A DNA stretch of 63,554 bases, counting the filler, from Reclinomonas americana ATCC 50394 (lineage: Eukaryota): NCBI GenBank assembly GCA_048213135.1. It is 15 parts of 15 records of this genome, joined end to end, with 100 filler letters (N's around TTAATTAATTAA, not from the genome) between each part and the next. Parts side by side here need not be neighbours in the genome. Positions count along the whole stretch, not along the records: positions 15,648 to 25,506 come from AFZH01024258.1; positions 25,607 to 32,885 come from AFZH01024259.1; 13 more parts are not named here. One strand, 5' to 3'. Made by a program: the position numbers and the translations under genes. Shown here piece after piece: positions 15,648 through 27,646 of this stretch (its first letter is position 1; the number at the start of each line of letters is the position of its first letter). The notes under the pieces are model-generated. The model saw only the letters and a program-made list of their open reading frames with translations, did no database searches and had not been told where the DNA came from.

Positions 15648-18600
15648 AAAATCTGCGAATGAAAAGGCAGACGCACAGTCAGCATGCCGTTTGTCAGAAC
15701 ACTGGATGCACGCATACCCGCAGTGTGCCGGGCAGTGCCGCCAGCAGCCCTCCACCGCCATTGGCAAACCCGGAGGCATCGCCACGGTTGAAGTTGCGCG
15801 TGCCACCGGCCGCAGTGTGCCGCACCGTGTTGCCGACAAAGTCACAGTTGGTGATCTCGGTCTACAGTCGAGCCACGGTATGATCAGTCAACCGCCGCGA
15901 CGCGTCACACGAGAGGGGAAACGGTGAACACACACCACCGACGAGTCTTGCACGGTTTGCATCAGCAGGCCACCGCCGCCACTCGCCAGCGCAGCTGTCT
16001 TGCCATCGTATCCATCGTGGCCGCCAAGTGCCACATTCTCGACCACATTGTTCACAAAGCGCGAGTTGCTAATCGTCTGTAGAATGAAGCCATGAGACGT
16101 GACACAGACATGATCAAGCATCTGTGTTCGTGCCCTCCACCTGCAAGCTGTTCTTCGAGTCAATAGACATCCACAATGCGCCGCCACCATAGTAGGCACC
16201 CGCACAGCTGGCATCGCCGTCAGTCACATCACCTGTTGAGGAGAGTGAGCAACGAGGGCTGCGATCCACTCTCTCATCCAAACTGTCCTTCATCCTCCTT
16301 CTTACCTCCGACGCCACCATTGGCCGTGTCGGTGACCGAATTCTCCACAAACGTACAATTGTTGACAAGCTGGCGTACAGACGATCGAGTTCAGCAAACA
16401 CTGATGCGCTGACAGCGGATTGCACGTGCGACTAACCATCACAAAATTTGTCGAATAGTACACCAAAATGTACAGGGCGCCACCACCAGTGAACCCGCCA
16501 ACAGAGACCGCCTGACCGCCCGCATGTGCTGCGATGGCATGAAAGCAACGACCAGACTCGTCAACAACGCACAGTCACAGGTGGGCCGCGCGCGCGAAAT
16601 AAAACGCAACAAGCGAGACCGCCATTGTTGTTGCCGACGACATGGTTTTGCGAAAACGTGCACCCATCAATCGTCTGCGTGGCGCTGCTCGTGGCCTGAA
16701 ACCACATCGCGCCACCACCGTGGAAGCCTCCCAGTCCATTCGCACTGCCATAGTCGCCCCCTACCTCGGAGAAGTGAGAAGAAAAGAGAAGATGGAATTA
16801 CGACGACTCGTGTTCTGTTCGACTAGCGCCGCACCAGCGCTTCCTCCACGGCCGTTGCGAAGTGACTCGTTCGCCACAAAGTCGCACTGCGACAGGACCT
16901 GCATATCTTGCTGTGAGATGGCGCGACTGCAACGGAGGAGTTACTCATGCGACTCTGCAGTACCTGCCGTGAGAGAGCGCCGGCCATGGAGACCCACAGT
17001 GCACCGCCACCGCCTCCCAGAGTCGACCGCATGCTGTCAGCTGTGCCAACAAAGCCATCTGAAGGGAGACAAAGAGAGAGAGATGCTAGATCAGGCGCGA
17101 GAGAGGGGCACACAGCAATGTCCACGCCCAAGATTACCGCTGACTCCGCCCGTCAGGTTGTCGCTGGACTTGTTGCGCTGAAACAGGCACTGGGTAATTG
17201 TCTGCGTCGTCGCTCGCCACGTGAGCAGCACGCGCAACAGGAATCACGAATGTAATTCTCACCTGGTCTCCCTTCTTCACAAAATTGACAAACACGCCAG
17301 CACCCCCAGCATGCGGCGACACGGCGTTGGCACTTGCGCTGTCTTCCTCTGCACCGAGAATGAGAAATGTAACCACGCAGTCACCATTTCCACGCGATTA
17401 TACTTACCAGAGGTGCCTCCACTTCCGAGAGCGCGTGCCTCGTTGCTGGTAAACTCACACTGTGCGATCACCTGCAAGCCACATCACGGGGTGTTCATAC
17501 ACGAAATCGAGTCGCTTGCACGCAGCGCACACGGCTCACCTGCACTCCATCATCCGCAAAGGCGACCCACAAACCCCCGCCACCGTGATTTCCGCCCCAC
17601 GAGTCTGCAGTCCCTCGCGCACCTGCCCACACACCTGCTGAGTCACTCCTTCTCTTGTGCGCACGCCGCGGTGATGCATACCGTCAGCCGTGCCCCCGTT
17701 GCCACTGGCGGTGACTGCGTTGCCCACGAACTTGCAGTCGTTGATGTTCTGCATCTCGCGTCAGTCAGCAGCGGTGTACGCACGCCCTATGTCGATCCCA
17801 CTCGCTCACCTGCGAGGATCGAGCAGCGAACATTGAAAGAATCGCCCCACCACCACAACCCCCACCGCGGGAGTCGCGAGAGCGCATGCTTTTTGTGCCA
17901 CCGTTGCACGACGAGTCGACCACGTTTGACGTGAAGGTGGAATGTGTGACCTGCGCTCGCGGAAGTGTCAGGTAGATCGAGTATGTGGAGGAGCGCGGTG
18001 CGGCCTCCATTCTCTGGTTCGCAAACTCAAAGCACATCGCTCTTTCCCTCTCCCTCTCTCTGTCCCTCTGTCTCCCTCTCACCCTTATCTTCCCTTCTCT
18101 TCCACCCAATCCATTCATCCCTTCCTCGTCCCTTCCCTTCTTCTCCCTTCCCTTCCACCAACGCACCTCGACTGCCGCCTGCACGTTCGCGGGAAAGAAC
18201 GACCACACTGCCCCGCCTCCCGACAGGCTCATCTGCGCACCAAGATCGGAGAATGCATCGACGCCGATTGCATCGCCGCTGCCAGTGTTCCCGTCGCCAC
18301 CATTCGCCACGCCGGAGACTGTGTTGCCGGTAAACACGCCTCTGTTGATGTGCACACTTGCGCTCACCGCATCACCGGCGCCATTGTCATCGCCGCCTCC
18401 GTGCAGCCACAGAAAGCCACCGCCACACAGATACCCGCTGTTGCCGTCGCCAGTCAGAGCACTGCCACCGCGACAGCTGTCGACAACATGGTTGTCGGTG
18501 ACCGACACACTCTACATGAACAGGCACGCAAGACGGTGAGAGAACAAAGGAGTCTCGCGCGTTGTCGACCAACAACAAAACCTCGAGGGTTACAACAACG

Positions 18601-20307
18601 TCGGAGGACGACATTCCTCCTCCGCCGCCGCCAAGGCGCAGCCACACAGCTCCGCCACCGACGTGGACACCACCTTCGGCACGCGCAACGTTGCATAGTG
18701 GCGCGTCGGGGCTGTTGCACTGGAGAGCACTGCCGCTGCCGGTCACGCTGTTTCCCGACCACACTGTGCCTGATTGAGCCATTGTGTCGATGTTGAGCGC
18801 CCACAGCGCACCGCCGCCCACATTACTCGCACCACTCGGCGAGACCATGTCTCCCACCCCACACTGCTCGACGTGGTTGTCGCTCCACAAACTGTTGAAG
18901 TCCGCCAACGACGCCGGACTCGTCGTCGGCGACGCGACAATGTACATGGCGCCGCCGCCGGTTTGATCGCCGGCAAGCCGAGTGGCTGAGTTGCCAGATA
19001 ACACGCATCCGCTGGTGGTGACGGCGAGAGACCCTGTGGCGACACTGATGAAGACGGCACCGCCGCCAGCGTGACCGAGTGAGGAGCTCGCGTCGCCGGA
19101 TCCCACCACCGAGTTGTCGACAAACGTGCAGTTTATCATGTGGAGCTGTATGTCGTCGTCCACTGCCACGACATCTGCCGTCGCAGCCGTCGCGATCACT
19201 GACACGGCCGCCCCCGAAGCGTCCTTGCCGTGCTTGGCGTTGTCGCGCCAAGTGGAGTTCACCAGCGTCACAGCAAGGGAGCTGCGGGAGCCGGGAGAAA
19301 CACTTGTGTGGACGATGGTCAGCGCCGACAGATCGCGGTGCTCGGCAAACACCGTGTCTTCGATGTGAACGCGCACGTCGCTGGCGATCACCAGCGCCAG
19401 ACCCGCTGCCGATGACGATGTATCCAACAGCACGCCCACCGTGCCCAGGAAAGAGGAGCCAGTGATGGAGACGACACCACTGACTATCGTGGCATCTGCG
19501 CCGCCCGTCACTGCCGGTGTCCACAAGACCGCGGGTTGCAAAACGGCAGGTGCGGGGTCAGAGGCACTCGCGTCGCCGGCCTTCAGCACGAGGTTGATGA
19601 GGTGAAAGTCGGCGCAGTCTTGCACGTGAATGACGGTGCGGCCGGGTGGGGTCCACAGCACCACGGCAGCCGACGTGGCGCTGGCCTCCAGTGTCGTGTT
19701 GCGCCCTGTGTTGCGATGAGGAAGAAGAAGAAGAAGAAGTGGAATCAGTAGTGTATATGTGTGTGCACCTGTCACCTCGAGATGCCAGGAGGAGGCGGCG
19801 TACGGGGGCCCATCGTCGGCCAGCAACACATGGAGGGCCCAGTCGGGCGAGTCGCCATCGAACCCTTGTGCCGTGACACACGAGGATGGTGCATCCTGTA
19901 GTGTGCATGGGTGGACGTCATCGACGCCGCACGCGTCAACAGGTGTGGAGCCAGTGGAGGAGACGTGCACTGCGAGGCAACACACGAGATCAATCACCTC
20001 AATGATCAGAATACGGCCAAATAAAAAACAGGAGGAAATTAAATGTCGCAGCGGACACAGCGCGCTCACCAACACACAGGGCGGCTGTCGACGGCAGCAG
20101 CTGCTGTGAGAGCGGAACCACTTGGAGACTCGTCAGGTACGCCGACGCACTCGGTGAGTTGGCGAGAAGCGCCACAACCACCACCAACACGTGTATCATA
20201 ATCAACACAGTGACTGCCGACTCTCGTCTCCCACATCGCCACCGCCACCACCTGCTAGTGTCAGTGCATGCGCCCCCTGACTCGAGAGTGCACGGGTGCA
20301 CTCGCAT
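15648..20307 (-). CDS. Large secreted/surface right-handed beta-helix protein (Pmp-like GGA/FxxN repeats), 3' truncated
   Basis: Signal-like N-terminus and many GGGA(V/L/M) plus (F/W)xxN repeats (CTFVDNSV..GGGAVF, WSDNHV..GGGALW, FTGNTV..GGGAVW). Confidence 0.8.
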
Positions 20308-20727
20308 CACTCGTGGCACCGCCCGCTCGCCGTTGAAAACTCAAATGAAACAAAAATGGCAACCACTACGGACACGCCAACTCCGGGTGCACCAGGCACT
20401 CTGCCGTCACTCACTGGCTTGCTCATGTCGAATGCAAACTCGGCGCACTGCTGGTGAACTGTGTTGTGTGTGCGGTAATGAGGCGCAGCGCTCATGAACG
20501 TGAAGTTTCAATGGCAAAGTTCCCACTTCCGGTATGTTGTTTAAATTTGCAACGTATTCCGTATGCAACGCGGATGGAACTGACACCGCGCGATGCGTCT
20601 CACGTAAAAGAGAGACAAGCGGCAAGACACCGATGGGAATAAAGATGAAAGAGAGTCGAAACATCCATGGCCAAAGATTCACTCCAAATTTGGCATGCGC
20701 ATGCGCAATGCGATTCTGCACACGTTG

Positions 20728-21316
20728 TCACTCGTCCGTGCCCGCGGCCATCGAAGCAGCAAGCTCAGCCATAAAGCGCACTGTGGCGAGGACCACCTGT
20801 TTGGCCAGTGCCTTGAATTCGTCGAGCTCCAGTGTGCCTGAATGTGCGGTGAGGGGTACTCGTCATTGCGCACAACACACGCGCACTCACCCGAGCCGTC
20901 CTTGTCAAACTGTGTGAACACGTCATTGACGACCTCCTCGTTGACAGAGGTCACAGTTGGCACCATATCGCTACTCCTGCAGCAAGCGCTCCACCTGCGC
21001 GCAACGAGGGGGAAATGGCCGCCCGCACGCACATGTGAGAAACAAAACAGAACCCAACACACGTGCACACATCTCGCTCAATGATATGCTGTTTCACACC
21101 TCTGCGCGATCGAGCTTCCCCGAGTCGTCAGCGTCGGCATTCTTTAACTGCTGCTCCAGCTGCGCCTGGCCATCTCCACCTGCAAGTGCAAGTGGGTGTG
21201 AGTGTCGTGCATGTCCAACAGCACACACTACTTGCATGCTGACACCAGCATACGCAGCTGTCAAAGAATGACTCCACTTGCGCCAGCGTAGCGTTGAGCT
21301 CCTCCTCCAGACTCAT
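20728..21316 (-). CDS. Small two-EF-hand calcium-binding protein
   Basis: EF loops DADDSGKLDRAE and DKDGSG|TLELDEF. An apparent frameshift/stop lies near 20970. Confidence 0.8.
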
Positions 21317-21564
21317 TCTCTCGCAGGCAGACTGTTTGATTGTGCGTCCAAGTCCTGTATGTCCGACAATGTTGATGCACCTTTTTTTCGCGAACTGACA
21401 CACACCTGTGAGAATTCTGGAAGACAGAGAGGCCGATCCCCGTGCACCTGCAACGAGTGGAGTGTGCTGAGTAAGCCTGGGAACAAGAAACACAAGTCCT
21501 TCATCGATACAGGTGTCCGCTATTCTTCAATTTCCAGCACTGTGTGAGAGCGAGAGATACGGGA

Positions 21565-24500
21565 ATGTCGCAATTATCTCACGACGACACCGCCTCTGCC
21601 ACCTCCTCTTCAACGACGCCGTCTGATCAACCTCGAGCGCCACCGCATGTGACAGCGGTGCAGACGGCAGCAGCGGAGGCTGCAGAGACCACCCGCTACC
21701 ACGGTTGCGTATGCTTTGTGTTCTGTTTCTCGTGTGGGCTCACATGTCACACACTCGTGGCACCGTTGACGCACGCACACGCACACACACACGCGCGCGC
21801 ATACATGCAATCATGCAGCAGAGAGGGAGGGGGCGAGTCAGTGTTCACTTATTCTGCATGCTCACGATCAGTAGTGTGTCGCGTTGTCCTCCAACCACAG
21901 TATGTCAACGTTGCCGTTAGCTTTCCTCTTCATTTCTATCTCTTTCTCTCTCTTTCTTTCATTCTCACAATTCCGCTCTGACAGAAGGGGGATGGGCACA
22001 GCATCCTATATACTGACACACACATTCTCTCTCTTTCTTTCACTCACAACAGTTCGCATACGCCTCCCGCAACTCATGACCCCGCCGAGCAATACGGCGC
22101 TCTCCATTCCCCTCCCACCTGCTCACACACCGATTGCCTTCGAATTGAAGGACATTGTGCCACCGGTGAGTGCCCGCCACCACGTGCACCCTGGGGCGAC
22201 GTAACTCATCTCTGTCTTGGTTCTCTTGATTCTGGCGCAGTCGGAAAAACAGCAGTACCTGCTCCCGCCGCGTCCACCACGGCTTCCAGTGCCACTAGGC
22301 CAGCAAGAGCCGGCTGCCGTCAGTCCACATGCTCTGGCGATCATGTTTCCGGCCTCTGTGAAGCGTTTCCGTGCCCCATCATTTTCACCGCCGGTACTCA
22401 TGCCGTCCATGGCCTCGCTTCCGTCACCGCCAGCTACTGGCCTTCCGCCACGTCCAACAGCGAGTCCGCTCCAAGGCAAGTCCCCGTCTCCCGCGAATTC
22501 GCCGCGGACGCGAACACCAGCGGGCACGCCACCCTCATCGCCCTTGCCGTCACCGCGCACGCGGTTCGCCAGTCCAGTGGCATCCGTTGCTGCCGCACCC
22601 TCCGTAGCGACATCGGCTGCAAGCTCCGACACTGCAGGAAGCAGTGGTGGCAGCTTGCTGGAGACGCGCATCGTCATGACCAACAACAATAACACCAACG
22701 ATATCGCCAGTCGACCGCCTCAGACGGACACTTGGACCACCGCGGCGGCGGCGACGATCACGACGCTATCCGCATCCCCGCCACCACTGCAGTCGGCACC
22801 TTTAGCGGCTGCAGTCGTCATGAATCCGGTTGTCATCAGTACGGGGCTGAGTGAGGAGATGCCGTCGACGGAGCAAACCATGGACGACACGGACACGGAG
22901 GCCTCCCAGCCGGCCGCGGCTGAAATGTCGGTTCGCGCAAGCGCTGCGCGTCAGCTCGGCGACGCACTGCGCCTGCCACTGCCACTGGCGGATGCGACCA
23001 CAGCTCATCGCGAAGTACTGGCGGTGCACCCTGCCTCGGTGACGGTCGCTTCCGCCTACGAACACCGCCTAATGCCACCAGCTGCCGCAATCAAGCCGTA
23101 CCGCCCTCCGTCCCACGATAGTGGCGAACTCGATGCCCCCGGCGGCACCCCGTCGCGCCCAATTGGGCTCACACACTTGGAGCTACGTATTGGCGACCCC
23201 ATCTCTCGCCCGCGTGTTGCTGTCGGGGCACTTGCCGCATCACGCGACCTTCCTCCTTTGTCCCATCACAATCAGCAGCCAGCGCCAGCAACGCAAGCTG
23301 TCGTGCACGAGGCAATCGTCGCGTCCGCCGCTGCTCAGCGCAAGCCGTCTCGACTTGGGACCAGGAAGGTGACTTGACCATCGAGTACTGGGGCGAGAGA
23401 GAAAGTGGCGCTCAACATCCTTGCTCTCGCCACCCCGCAGCATGTCGCGCTCTTGTGGACAGCTGCAGCGACACTCCTCGCGCTCCTCTTGGCCGTGTCG
23501 CTGACGCTGTACTTTGTGTTGCGCCAAAAGACGAATGTGACGGCGGAGGGAAACCTCTCCTCGGTGGGCAACACCATAATCACTGGCGACCTTCGTGTAA
23601 GACAAGGTTTGCGTGTGAGAGAAGATGGGAGGGAGAGGGAGAGAGGGAGGGAGGGAGCTTGTGCGCGCTTAGCTTGTGCGTGAGTGTGTGTGAGTCTGTC
23701 CTCCCCCCGCTGACGTTCTTTTTTAAAATTTCAGATCTCCTTTGCACCAACTCAACAAGCAGTGGCAGTGGTGGTATGGTGGGGATTAATACGTGTACCA
23801 CCGATCGTTCCATGTCTGTCCTCGGCGGCATGCGAGTGCTGTCGGGTGAACCAATCTCCAGCAGCAGCGGCGACGATGCCGACGTCGGATTGGTGTTTGG
23901 TCCTCCAGGAGTGAGTGGGACGGGCATTTTTGCCGCGACCACCTCGGTGACCACTGCCGCTGCACGGGAAGCACGTAATGTGCAGCCGCGTGGCCGGAGC
24001 ACCGTCTCGTCTCTGGTCTTCTACGCCACCTCCAGTAAGCGACTGGAGATCCCCGGCACGTCCACGAGTGCAGCTGTGGTGTACTCTTCCTTCGATGTGC
24101 GTGGAACGTTGCAGTTGGACAGTGTGAATGCCATGGTGCGGAGCGGAAACATGCTCTTAGGTGCGTATGAACGCACTTGTGGCTGCTCTCTTGTTGTGCT
24201 GTGTGTGTGATTTCTCTCTGCATCTCACAGTGAATGGCGACGGCTCCTTTGCAAATGGCGTGAGCGTGGGCTCGCCAGCGTCGGGCCTGTTGGTCACCAG
24301 CTCCACTGTGGCAGTTGGCAGCACGCTGCTACTCGCGACAGGCAATGTGCAGTCGGTCACTCAGCAAGTGATCTTTGGTGACGCTTCCGGCGCCACGTTT
24401 GTGCTGCGCCGGCTGGGTACGAGCGGCAGTGGCGCCGACCTTCGAATTGAGCCTGGACAGAGCACGTCGGGTGGCCTTGATGGCAACCTGATCTTGGGCG

Positions 24501-25506
24501 CGAGTTCCTTCCGCACGAACTCGATACAGACGCAGTCGCGTTTTGTGTCTGTGCTGGCCGACAGTGGGATAACACTCACCACCAACTCGGGCAACGTTGC
24601 GGTGTCGTCGTATTACGGTGAGGTGCAACTGGCTGCAGCTGGCAAAAACACACGAGTCATGGGCCCGCTTCTTGTCAACGAGTCCGCCACTGTGCTCGGC
24701 AGCACCCTCACGTGCAACACGGCCGTGGCCAGCGTAACAGTCTCAACGCCCTCCGTGACAACGCAAAGTGGAGATCTTGCGCTCAGTCCCGCCACAGGTC
24801 GAGTCAATTTGGTGGCTCCCGACGGGATCGCCGCTGCGTTGGCGCGCAACGCACGGGCTTCAAACGGCGCAGGCAGCGATCTCCGAATCAGCGGTCAGGA
24901 TGCGCTCGGTGCCAACAACAACGGTGGCAACGTACTGATGGACGCAGGCGCCAGTGTCGGCGGTACCGGGGCTCACGGCAACGTGCTTATCGGCACGCTG
25001 ACAGCGAACATGGTGCAGCTGGGAAACAGTGCGAACTCGTCGGTGACGGTGTCGTCAACTGGCGCAGTTGTGCGAGCGATTGGCTCCACGGTGTCAATCG
25101 AACAGGCTCCTTCCACTGCGTTGGCGGCAACGCCGGCCCGCATTTCGATGAGCACGGGCCTCATTCAGTTGTCCGATGCAGCAGCCGCGCTCACTGTGGC
25201 GCTCGACAGTACGGCTTCGGTGCTGACCTTGAAGTCGCCGACGGTGGTGGTGGACGCAACTGCCGGCGCCGGTTCCGTTTCATTGAATGCCGGGAAGACG
25301 CTAAATCTCGGCGTTGGTACCGTCGGCACCGTTCGCCTGGGCGCATCAACGGCACTCACCAGCATCACCGGCAGCAGCGTAACCATCACTGGCAGCGTTG
25401 CCGTCGTAAACGACCTGGCGGTCGCAGGTCCTTCGACGCTAAGCGGCAATGTCTCCATTGTTGGCGGCAGCTCGCTGACTGTGTCGGCGGGCGCCACTAC
25501 GCTGGG
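21565..25506 (+). CDS. Type II membrane protein: Pro-rich cytosolic N-terminus, single TM, long beta-strand-repeat ectodomain (3' truncated)
   Basis: TM HVALLWTAAATLLALLLAVSLTLYFVL follows intron 23369-23440. The ectodomain is rich in G/S/T/V with GMVGINT and repeated GxGxDLRIxxGQ..GN(L/V) motifs. Confidence 0.7.
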
Positions 25507-25606
25507 NNNNNNNNNNNNNNNNNNNNNNNNNNNNNNNNNNNNNNNNNNNNTTAATTAATTAANNNNNNNNNNNNNNNNNNNNNNNNNNNNNNNNNNNNNN
25601 NNNNNN

Positions 25607-27614
25607 ACCGCAGGAGGAGAGCGCCGGTGGAAGCCGCAGCGATAGTGGTGCATTCCACTTTTACTTGCGTGTTTCCAAGGCAATGGAGGGAATGAGGAAG
25701 ATGTTCCACAAGATAAGAAACAAAAAAGCGGATCCCGATCGGAAACAAGAGACGCCCGCGGCCGCGGCCACGCGCGCCGCCACCAAGGACTTTTGCTCGA
25801 CCGCTGCTCCCATTATCCTCTTGTGGCAGTGTGTGCAGCAGCGCAAGTTTATGTTCGGAACCACCATTTGTCGACAGTGCGCGACAGCGCGCGACAAGCG
25901 CACTCCGGCGGTGAACGAGTTGCTCGACAGTGCAGACACCATTCTGGGCAACACGATGAAAAGTTTCTCGACAATGATTGGAGAGCGCATGGCACTGCGC
26001 AGGTATGAATGTCCTCATTTGTCTAGATCTGCAAAATTAGCATTTTGTATTGACAATTTTTTGATTCGAATTCTGCAGGGCGCTTGCACAGTCGATTCAA
26101 GACACCGTCAGGAGTGTGCTCCAGACTGTCATCAGCATGCACTTTGGCACGTCACCTGCCGAGAGACGGTACTATTTGTGGCATTGCGCGTGCTTTCGTT
26201 CGCTGCGCTTTTTTTCACTTTCTCTGCTTGCAGGGAGATAATGCTCCATCTTCGCTCCATGGATTCTATGAAGACAGGAGCGCAGGTGCGCCGTCTCTTT
26301 CGCGAGAAACATGTCAAGCAATCGTTCGATCAGCTTCTCGAGTTTGGGCTTGTGAGCAAGGAAGACTTCAAGTTTGAGAAGGCGGCCGGTGCAGAGAGTG
26401 GTGGCGGTGGTGGTAGCGGCAGCGGCAGTGCTAGCGGCAGCAACAGCCAGGCAAGCGGAGTGTCAGTGCGTGTGGAGGTACCCAAGGTGAGTACTCGTGC
26501 ATGCCTGCAAAGCAAACTTGCCCTGGTAGGATGAGCACCAGTTGCTCCATGGTAAAAGTCTGGGAAACCCATGGAATTTCCACGAAATCCAGCTTGCGCA
26601 CCAAACAAAACTTACCGTTGTTAACAAGTTGGAGAAAGCTTGGAATTCTTCGATCCTGGAATTCCCCTGGATCGGCTCCAACTGCAATCCAGTCGTTCCA
26701 GGGGCAGTTCCACCTGTTCCAACGATTGCACCATCGTGAGCCAAGCGAGAAAAGGAAGGTGCATCCAACGTAATTCCAGCCGTTTCCACTCCGTGCTCCA
26801 GGGTCGTTCCAGGGTGAATCCACGTTCCGCCCATCGTACGTTCCACCCCCGGTTCCTGCCCCATTCCACCCTCGTTCCAGACTCGATTCCACCCTCGTTC
26901 CAGACTCTGCTCCACCTCCGTTCCACTCTCGCTCCCACAGCCCACCACCCGCCCACCCCGCCCCGTGCACCCCACCCTCCCAATCAGCTTACGCACACAG
27001 TTGTGGATACATGCATTAAGTGCTCATTCTTCTGCAACACGCACTCCCAGCCCCACCTCGCAAGCCTCGGCGCTTGCGTCACTCAGCTGGTGGCGGAATC
27101 CGCCTCCACCACCGGTGCCTGAACGGTCCCTCCGTGCAGCAACGTCGCCGTGCAATGCGGGCACAAGCAACGCTGGTGCGGCGTCCACCGATAGCGAAGT
27201 CGATCGGCGACTCGGGACGAGGAGAGGCAGAGGAGGCCGCTCGTCTCGTCTCGTCTCAATCTCGTCTCGCGCGCTTCGTGTTCGAGCAGCACAGTGCAGT
27301 CGAGCTCGAGCGGAGAATGCCGACAGCGGCCGCTGTTCTCTGCGCATCACGGTCGGTTAGACGCACGACAATCGACGCAGCGATGAACAGGCACTGCAAG
27401 GTACTAACCGAAGCAAGCAGGGCGCCGGTGTGATGCGACGCATGCGACTCGTCCGCGTCCATCACTTCCGCCAAAAGCGAAACCTGCGCGGTGCGATGCA
27501 GTTAGTAATGACCCGAAGAGGTGCGGGAGAGAGAGAGAGAGAGATGATGATGATGATTGATGATGACGCATTCTCTGCGTGATCGCTCGCTTCTCTCTCT
27601 CTCTCACACACACA

Positions 27615-27646
<32 letters not shown>

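Noticed and set aside
23375..23377. In-frame TGA between two same-frame ORFs (possible readthrough, selenocysteine or code change)
   Set aside because: It lies inside a canonical 72-nt intron (GT 23369 to CAG 23440) with a branch-like CTCAAC and a pyrimidine tract.
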